Source: an uncultured Spirochaetota bacterium (GTDB lineage Bacteria > Spirochaetota > Spirochaetia > SZUA-6 > Fen-1364). Taken from it: a stretch of 64,000 nucleotides of DNA. The translations under genes were made by a program, and so were the position numbers. Position 1 is the stretch's first letter. Every line of letters starts with the position of its first letter. Under the pieces are notes generated by a model. That model saw only the letters and a program-made list of their open reading frames with translations, was not told where the DNA came from and searched no databases. Of this stretch, positions 57,446 through 64,000 are shown one piece after another. The stretch lies in assembly GCA_963781885.1 (NCBI GenBank), contig CAWAHW010000006.1, forward strand, positions 256,001 through 320,000. Direction: 5' to 3'.

Positions 57446-58420
57446 CTAGTACTGGCGGGTCGGCAATGCCGCCGCAGCGTTCGTCGCGTCGAACTGGCTT
57501 TCGATCGTCCAAATCCTGGCGGGAAGCTTCTTGCCGTCCCGGAGATCCCTGACAGCCTGCACGGCCTGGGGCCCGAGCAGCGGGTTGCATTCGATCGTGC
57601 AGTTCGCCTCGCCGTTGACGATGGCCTGGAACATGCCCTTCACCCCATCCATGCCGATGATGATGATGTCTTTTCCAGGCTGGAGGCCGGCTTCCTTGAT
57701 TGCCTCGATGGCGCCAAGCGCCATCTGGTCGTTATGCGCGAAGAGCACCTGGATCTTCGGGTCCGCCTTCAGGAAGGCTTCCATGACGGCCTTGCCCTGA
57801 GCGGAGGTGAAGTCACCGTCCTGGGAGTGAGCGATGTTCCAGTTGGGATGATCTTTCGAGATATTCCGGAAGCCCTGGGCCCTTTCAATTGCGGGAGCCG
57901 AGCCTGTGGTCCCTTGGAGCTCCGCGATGTCGATCGGCGTGGTTCCGTCATCGATGCCATTGCTTTTCAGGTATGCGGCAAGCCAGTTTCCGGCTTTCTC
58001 GCCTTCCTTGACAAAATCGGAGCCCATGATGGTCATGCGCAGAGGCTGGTCTGACTTTTGAACGTCCCTGTCGATCATGATCACAGGGATGTGTGCGTTC
58101 TTGGCTTCCTGGAGGACGGGGCCGTACCCGGTTTCGACGAGTGCGGTGAATACGATGCAGTCGACCTTCCGCGCGATGAAGGTGCGGAGGGCCTTGATCT
58201 GGTTCTCCTGCTTCTGCTGCGCGTCGGAATACATGAAGATAAAGCTGTCATCCTGCGCGAACGCGTCCTGAACGGAGTGCGTGTCCGCGGTTCTCCATTC
58301 ACTTTCCGATCCGAGCTGCGCAAAGCCGACGACCCACGTCTTTGGCGCTGCGATCGCGGCCACCGAGACCACCATCATCGCCACGGCGACGAGGGCAAGT
58401 ACTTTTCCCCAACGCTTCAT
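57446..58420 (-). CDS. Sugar ABC substrate-binding protein, YtfQ-like
   Basis: GFAQLGSESEWRTADT, DAQQKQENQI, GSDF, AHNDQMALGA, ECNPLLGP. Confidence 0.9.
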   Translation of the reverse strand: MKRWGKVLALVAVAMMVVSVAAIAAPKTWVVGFAQLGSESEWRTADTHSVQDAFAQDDSFIFMYSDAQQKQENQIKALRTFIARKVDCIVFTALVETGYGPVLQEAKNAHIPVIMIDRDVQKSDQPLRMTIMGSDFVKEGEKAGNWLAAYLKSNGIDDGTTPIDIAELQGTTGSAPAIERAQGFRNISKDHPNWNIAHSQDGDFTSAQGKAVMEAFLKADPKIQVLFAHNDQMALGAIEAIKEAGLQPGKDIIIIGMDGVKGMFQAIVNGEANCTIECNPLLGPQAVQAVRDLRDGKKLPARIWTIESQFDATNAAAALPTRQY

Positions 58421-58583
58421 GATGACTCCTCCTTCGAAGGAACTCGTGTCTTTCATGCTACCCTTTTCTTCATCGTTTCAACCGACGAAGAAAACCCCTG
58501 GAACTCATTCCCCGAATCCCGTCAGGTTCTCGACGGGCGTGTGTGCGTCTTTCCTGCTTGCGCTTGCCTCCTTCACTTCAAGT

Positions 58584-59219
58584 TTATTTTTCCTCATTCA
58601 AGTACTTGTAGATCTGCTGGTTGGTGAGCACTTTTTCGACGTCGAAAACGAGCGGCCCTATGACCGTGGTCACCCCTCCGCTTGCGTTCATGAGAGTGAT
58701 GGTGGTGTTGATCGCGATGATCCTCACCTTCCCCTTGATGTCCAGCACGTCGCCGTATTTGATGTCGTTTTCATCCCCGTCGGCGTTCCTGTATATCTGT
58801 CTGCTGGAATATTGCGTGACAACCAGCTTGTCTTTGTATTTCGGATCGGGTTTGCTCGAGGTTCCCTTCGGGAAGCTCACGAGCTTTGGCTTGCCCTTCA
58901 GGATGTCGGTCACCTTCTTGACGAGCTCTCCCGAATCCGGACCGTCGATCTCGTAGACCGCGTTTGGATTCGTGGCCTGGATGACCTCGACCCAATCCCT
59001 GTCCACATTGATCTTGATTTCGCCATTGGCGGGGATGACATCGCCGACCTTCGCGACGGTCCACTGGGCCGTGCCGACCCTCCAGCTTACGTAGCCGTCG
59101 CTCGTCTCCGAATACAGTCCGACAACTTTCAGCGTGCCGGGCTTCGCCTGGGCGGAGGCAAGACCCGCCACCGCGATCAGGAAGAAGAGTACCGCAACCG
59201 CTCGTAGTGTTTTCTGCAT
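58584..59219 (-). CDS. Exported hypothetical protein with two internally repeated FecR-like beta modules (alternative start at 59294)
   Basis: Signal peptide ending ASA/AQA; repeats WTVAKVGDVIPANGEIKI and ENDIKYGDVLDIKGKVRI. Confidence 0.6.
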   Translation of the reverse strand: MQKTLRAVAVLFFLIAVAGLASAQAKPGTLKVVGLYSETSDGYVSWRVGTAQWTVAKVGDVIPANGEIKINVDRDWVEVIQATNPNAVYEIDGPDSGELVKKVTDILKGKPKLVSFPKGTSSKPDPKYKDKLVVTQYSSRQIYRNADGDENDIKYGDVLDIKGKVRIIAINTTITLMNASGGVTTVIGPLVFDVEKVLTNQQIYKYLNEEK

Positions 59220-59404
59220 GACCCTGCTCCTCTGCTCTCGAGCTCTCATCGTGAAAGAACCTGGGCCGCTTCGCCCCATCAATCGAAGTACCATACCTGT
59301 ATCCTCCTGTATTTAGACTATTCAGCTATTTTGTGCACTTTTCGGGAACGCAAGGGCAAGACTGCCGGCAATGATAGCGGCACACGGGTTGCCGGAGTGA
59401 TATA

Positions 59405-61261
59405 TCAGTACTTGCGGCTGGGGAGGACCGAGCGGGCGACGTCCGCGGGAAAAACGACCTCCGAGGTAACGATTCGGACAGGGAGCTCCTTGCCGGACAT
59501 GAAGTCTTTCACGGCCTTCATGAGCTGCGGGCCCAACAGCGGATTGCATTCCACGGAGCAGTTGAGCTTGCCCGCGATCATTGCCGTAAACGCGTCACGA
59601 ATGCCGTCGACGGAGACGATCGCGACGTCCTTGCCCGGTTTGATGCCTGCCGATTCCATCGCGTCGATCGCCCCGATGGCCATGTCGTCGTTGTGGGCAA
59701 AGAGCACGTCCATTTTCTGACCTTTTGCGGCCAGGTCCTTGAGGATCTTCTGCATGAGCTCTTTCCCCACGCTCCTGACGAAATCGCCGCTCTCCGAAAC
59801 GATGATGCGGTAATTGGGGTGGTCCTTGAGGATCTCCTTGAACCCCGTCGTTCTGTCCAGCTCCGGCGCCGAGCCGATCGTGCCGAGCATCTCCACGATG
59901 TTCACGGGCTTGTCGGTCTTCATGTAGTCGACGAGCCACCGCGCGGCGCGCCGCCCTTCCTCCACGAAATCGGACCCCATCAGGGTCACCCAGAGGGACT
60001 CATCTTTCACGTCGACGGCACGGTCCGTGATGAAAACAGGGATGCCCGCCGCTTTTGCTTCACGCAGGACCGGCTCCCATCCTGATTCGACGATCGGTGA
60101 GAACGCGATAATGTCCACTTTGCGCGCGATGAACGACCTCACAGCCTCGATCTGTTTTGCCGGCTGCCCTCCCGAATCGACGAACACCAGGTCAATGCCC
60201 GCCTGCCGGGCGGCGTTCTTGATGGAATCGGTGTTCGCCACGCGCCAGTTGCTCTCCGCTCCTGTCTGGGCGAAGCCCAGCACGATGCGGTGATCGGGGG
60301 GAAGGCGCGGCGCCGCGGGTGACGCCAGGGCGCCGCTCTCCAGCGCCTCATTGGTAACGAGGGAAGTCCGCAGGATCATCTTCTTCGGGATGCCCTCTTC
60401 ATGGTGAAGGATGTCCATCGCGTAGATGATGGCTTCCTTACCGCCCGTCGGGCACGTGAAGGTGGCGAGAAGGTCCCCCCGCCCCACCATCTCGATGCCG
60501 CCATTGGGTCCCGGCAGACCGTCGATGCCGATGAATCGGATGCCGCGGATGCCCAGTTTCGCCGCCGCGCGCCGCGCCCCGTCGGCCATGGCGTCGTTCT
60601 GCGCGAAGATCACGTCGACGCGGCCGTTCTTCTTCAACCATGCCGTGAGCTCGTCCTCCGCCTTGTCGCGCAGCCAGTCCCCGACGATGGTCCCCACGAT
60701 GGTGATGTTGGGTCGGGAGGCAATCGCCTCGCGGAAGCCGATCCTCCTGTCAAGCACCGGTGGGGATCCGGACCGGCCGAGGATCTCCACGACCTTGCCG
60801 CCCCCGGCCCCGAGGATCTGGGTGACATACTGCCCCGCCTGCTTGCCGACGAGCCGGTTGTCGGGACCGATGAAAAGCGTGTAGTCGAACCCGATCACCG
60901 ACCGGTCGAGGAGGATCACGGGAATGCGATGATACGCCTCCGCGATGACCGGGGAGAGCGCCTCCGAATCGTTGGGAGAGATGATGAGCAGGTCGATGCC
61001 CGAGGCGAGGAGCGTGTGCACGTCCTGGATCTGGCGCGTGCTGGAATCCGCCGCGTCGGTGAAGACGATGCGCAGATTGGGGTGGCGCGACGCCTCCGCA
61101 TTGATCTCGTCCCGCATGCTGATGCGCCACGGCTCGGTGAGATTGGCAAGCGACACGCCGATGACATAGTCGTAGGCCGTCACGTCCTGATCCGACGGCC
61201 GACACGTGGACAGCAGCACGAGGAGGGGGAGCAGGAGGAGGCGGGTCGCGCGCGGTCTCAT
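59405..61261 (-). CDS. Lipoprotein with two tandem type-I periplasmic sugar-binding domains
   Basis: Lipobox LSTC; domain 1 SLANLTEPWR...AQNDAMA; domain 2 GFAQTGAESNWR...AHNDDMA...ECNPLLGP. Confidence 0.85.
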   Translation of the reverse strand: MRPRATRLLLLPLLVLLSTCRPSDQDVTAYDYVIGVSLANLTEPWRISMRDEINAEASRHPNLRIVFTDAADSSTRQIQDVHTLLASGIDLLIISPNDSEALSPVIAEAYHRIPVILLDRSVIGFDYTLFIGPDNRLVGKQAGQYVTQILGAGGGKVVEILGRSGSPPVLDRRIGFREAIASRPNITIVGTIVGDWLRDKAEDELTAWLKKNGRVDVIFAQNDAMADGARRAAAKLGIRGIRFIGIDGLPGPNGGIEMVGRGDLLATFTCPTGGKEAIIYAMDILHHEEGIPKKMILRTSLVTNEALESGALASPAAPRLPPDHRIVLGFAQTGAESNWRVANTDSIKNAARQAGIDLVFVDSGGQPAKQIEAVRSFIARKVDIIAFSPIVESGWEPVLREAKAAGIPVFITDRAVDVKDESLWVTLMGSDFVEEGRRAARWLVDYMKTDKPVNIVEMLGTIGSAPELDRTTGFKEILKDHPNYRIIVSESGDFVRSVGKELMQKILKDLAAKGQKMDVLFAHNDDMAIGAIDAMESAGIKPGKDVAIVSVDGIRDAFTAMIAGKLNCSVECNPLLGPQLMKAVKDFMSGKELPVRIVTSEVVFPADVARSVLPSRKY

Positions 61262-62460
61262 GTGCCGCCCTTCCTGTATTCGACGGGCGATCGGCCGAAG
61301 ACGCGCTTGAAGGCGCGGCTGAAGTAGTGCTGACTCTGGTAGCCGACGGCCTCCGCCACCTCGTAGACCTTCACCGCGGGGTCATTCATGATCTGCATCG
61401 CCTTTGTGATGCGGACGCGCGTGAGGTAGTCCACGAAGGAGAAACCCGTTTCCCGCTTCAGGAGCCTGCTCAGGTAGCCCGGGCTGATCTGCAGGGATGC
61501 GGCAACTTCCTCCAGCGAGAGCGACGGGGTGCGGTAGTGGGCGTCGATGTATTTCTGCGCGAGCAGCACGAGACTCTGGTGCCCGCTGCGTGCCGAGACC
61601 TCGGCGTTCAGCGTCTCGTGCGCTTCCGACACTCCCTGGGGGGTGTCCTCCACGACCGCCTGGGCCACGATCAGCGCCTGGCAGATCGACGGCACGACGC
61701 GCGCGTCGATGCCCGCCGCCGCCTCCGCCCAGGCGGGGTCGCCGCGCGAGCGCGCGAGCACGACGATGTCGTCGTGGTCATCCATGAAGACCCAGCAGGG
61801 GCTGAAATCAGCGAATGATTCCTCCACGACGGAGCGGACCGCGTACAGGGCGAGCCGCCGCTCCCTCTCCCCGGACTGCGCCGACGTCATGCGCTCCACC
61901 ACGTGGATCACGGCCATCGCCAGGCCGCCCGCGGTATCCATGCCGAGGAACTGGTGCTGCTCGGAGACCTCCAGCGGCGACAGGCGCGCGCGCACCCAGT
62001 CGCGGAGGAACTGCTCGCGCAGGAGGGGCATGTTGCGCTCGAGCTGGTCGCGCGCCCAGGACAAGTATTGCTTCTGCCGGCGGGAGGCGGCCAGGGTGTC
62101 GGCGGCCCGGGCAAGCACGCTTGCCAGCACTTCCTGCGGCACCGGCTTCAAGACGTATTCGAAAACCTTGAGCTGCAACGCGCGCCGCGCGTATTCGAAC
62201 TCGTCGTGGCCGGACACGACGATGATGATGCAGTCGCTCTGGACGCCGTTGATCTTCTCGATCAGCTCGAGGCCGTTCAGGAAGGGCATGCGGACATCGA
62301 TCATGAGGATGTCCGGCGTCTCCTTCTGCACGAGGGCGAGCGCCATTTCCCCATCCTCCGCTTCCCCGACGACCTTCATGTCGGGGCGGAGGCGCTCGAT
62401 TGTCGTGCGCAGCCCGCGGCGGATCTTCGGCTCGTCGTCGGCGACCATCACTTTCCACAT
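61258..62460 (-). CDS. YesN-type response regulator (REC + AraC HTH)
   Basis: VADDE, DVRMP, SGHDEFEYA, YLSRLLKRETG, KVYEVAEAVGY..YFSRAFK. Confidence 0.92.
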   Translation of the reverse strand: MWKVMVADDEPKIRRGLRTTIERLRPDMKVVGEAEDGEMALALVQKETPDILMIDVRMPFLNGLELIEKINGVQSDCIIIVVSGHDEFEYARRALQLKVFEYVLKPVPQEVLASVLARAADTLAASRRQKQYLSWARDQLERNMPLLREQFLRDWVRARLSPLEVSEQHQFLGMDTAGGLAMAVIHVVERMTSAQSGERERRLALYAVRSVVEESFADFSPCWVFMDDHDDIVVLARSRGDPAWAEAAAGIDARVVPSICQALIVAQAVVEDTPQGVSEAHETLNAEVSARSGHQSLVLLAQKYIDAHYRTPSLSLEEVAASLQISPGYLSRLLKRETGFSFVDYLTRVRITKAMQIMNDPAVKVYEVAEAVGYQSQHYFSRAFKRVFGRSPVEYRKGGT

Positions 62461-62464
62461 CCGT

Positions 62465-64000
62465 TCACTCCTCGGGCGGCAGGCGGGTATCTGGCGCTCC
62501 CGCAACGGCTTCGGTCGCCGATCCGCCCTCGGGCCCCACGGGGAGCTCCTCCGCTGCCAGGCGGCCCTCCGTGGGAGCCGCCACCCCCTCGTTGAAGACC
62601 AGCGGATGGAGGACCTCCACCGTAGTGCCCTTGCCGGGCGCGCTCTCGAATGTCAGGCCGTAGCGCGTCCCGAATGAAAGCTGGATGCGCTCGTGAACGT
62701 TGTGCACGCCGTAGCCTTCCAGCCCTTCGCCGTGCGGATGGGCGACGGCAAGGAGAGCGCGCACCTCGCGGAGCTTCGCCGGCGCCATGCCCACCCCGTC
62801 GTCGCTCACGCGCAGAACCAGGAGGCCGTCGCGGCTCAGCGCCTCCACGCTGATCGTGCCGTGGCCGCGTCTCTCCTTGATGCCGTGATAGATGGCGTTC
62901 TCCACGAGCGGCTGGAGCGTCAGCTTCAGGACGAGGCAGGGGAGGATACCGTCCTCCGTGCAGAGCGTGAAATCGAATTTGTCCTCGTAGCGCGCCTTCT
63001 GGATGGTGAGGTAGCTGCGCACGTGCTCCATCTCGTCCGTGAGGAGGATCATCTCCTTGCCGCGGGAAAGCCCGATGCGGAAGAGGCTCGTGAGGGCGCC
63101 GACGAGCTTCACGATGTCCTGCGCGCCGCGCTCCTGCGCCATCCACTGGATGGTGTCCAGGGTGTTATAGAGGAAATGCGGCTTGATCTGCTCCTGGAGC
63201 GTCCGCAGCTCCGCCTCCCGCTTGCTCTGCTGCTCGCGATAGACCAGATCGATCAGCTTCTGGACCTCTTCAATCATCGTGTTGAAGCTCTTGCCCAGGT
63301 ACCCGATCTCGTCCTCCTGGCGTCCCTCGAAGCGCACGGCGAGATTGCCCGCCTCCGCTTCCTTCATGAGGGAGCGTAGCTCGATGACCGGCCGCGCGAT
63401 CCCGGCGGTGAAGAAGAGCGCGACGATGAGCGCGACGAGCACGGTGACCCCCGCGATGATCAGGGAATAGTAGCGGATGGTGCTCACCTGGCTCATGAGC
63501 TCGCTGAGGGGGAAGACGCCGACCGTCTTCCACTGCGTGTAGGTGGAGCCCTGCGATACGATCTGGTAGTCGTCGCCCTTGATGCGGCGCACGCTGCTCG
63601 CCCGCGGCGTGTCCAGCCACTCGTCGCGCACGCGGTAGACGATGGGGTTCACCGGCGTGTAGACGATGGCGCCGCCGGGCGCCTCGATGAACAGGAATCC
63701 CCCCACGCCGACGGTCATGTCGTCGAAGATTGCCTCCATGACCTTCAGGCGCAGGTCGATGAGGACGACGCCGCGCACCGTGTGCGAATCCGGCTCCTCC
63801 ACGGCCTTCACGATGGAGACCACGTCGTCGGCGCTGTATTCGTTGCTGCTTTTCAGATTCCGCCCGATGGGCCGGGGCAGGAGCTGCACGGTGCCCGGCT
63901 TGTCCACCGCGATCCTGTACCAGCTCTCGTCGGTGAGCGGGTCCCGCGTCACGGGCTGGATCTCGTTGCTGAGGGGCTGGTTGTCCGCGCTGACGACAAG
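62465..64000 (-). CDS. YesM/LytS-type sensor histidine kinase (Cache-HAMP-His_kinase), 5'-partial
   Basis: QIKPHFLYNTLD, DEI HAMP motif, LQPLVENAIYHG, DDGVG. Confidence 0.93.
   Translation of the reverse strand, partial: LVVSADNQPLSNEIQPVTRDPLTDESWYRIAVDKPGTVQLLPRPIGRNLKSSNEYSADDVVSIVKAVEEPDSHTVRGVVLIDLRLKVMEAIFDDMTVGVGGFLFIEAPGGAIVYTPVNPIVYRVRDEWLDTPRASSVRRIKGDDYQIVSQGSTYTQWKTVGVFPLSELMSQVSTIRYYSLIIAGVTVLVALIVALFFTAGIARPVIELRSLMKEAEAGNLAVRFEGRQEDEIGYLGKSFNTMIEEVQKLIDLVYREQQSKREAELRTLQEQIKPHFLYNTLDTIQWMAQERGAQDIVKLVGALTSLFRIGLSRGKEMILLTDEMEHVRSYLTIQKARYEDKFDFTLCTEDGILPCLVLKLTLQPLVENAIYHGIKERRGHGTISVEALSRDGLLVLRVSDDGVGMAPAKLREVRALLAVAHPHGEGLEGYGVHNVHERIQLSFGTRYGLTFESAPGKGTTVEVLHPLVFNEGVAAPTEGRLAAEELPVGPEGGSATEAVAGAPDTRLPPEE

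Overview
High-GC (roughly 65-70% over most of the window, visibly lower at about 44.4-48.8 kb and 51.5-59.4 kb; estimated by eye) bacterial chromosome segment. It is most consistent with an uncultured Spirochaetia lineage (LIC10235-like small protein, ComFB-fusion protein, many spirochaete-style lipoproteins). The first 42 kb is mostly housekeeping and metabolism: pheA domain, leuS, M24 peptidase, GH4 alpha-galactosidase with an extra N-terminal domain, hybrid kinase, RNA methyltransferases, a glycolipid-type glycosyltransferase cluster, acyl-CoA ligases, msrA, dapL, a Crp/CoA-disulfide reductase/rhodanese module and gcvTHPAPB. This part also holds a yjdF riboswitch, a tandem glycine riboswitch and a palindromic intergenic repeat family present at two loci. 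42-54 kb is an accessory surface-protein region: a beta-barrel/transglutaminase-like/TPR protein coupled to an NHL lipoprotein, orphan lipoproteins, a FecR-domain protein, and LuxR plus a recently amplified 7-repeat lipoprotein. 54-64 kb is a YesM/YesN + tandem-binding-protein sugar sensor upstream of a YtfQRT-YjfF-like ABC transporter. About a dozen genes show a leaderless-promoter signature. Several frameshifts, including one in the essential leuS, look like long-read indel errors. No CRISPR array, tRNA, rRNA, transposase or integrase was recognised. All family assignments are from motif recognition, not database searches.
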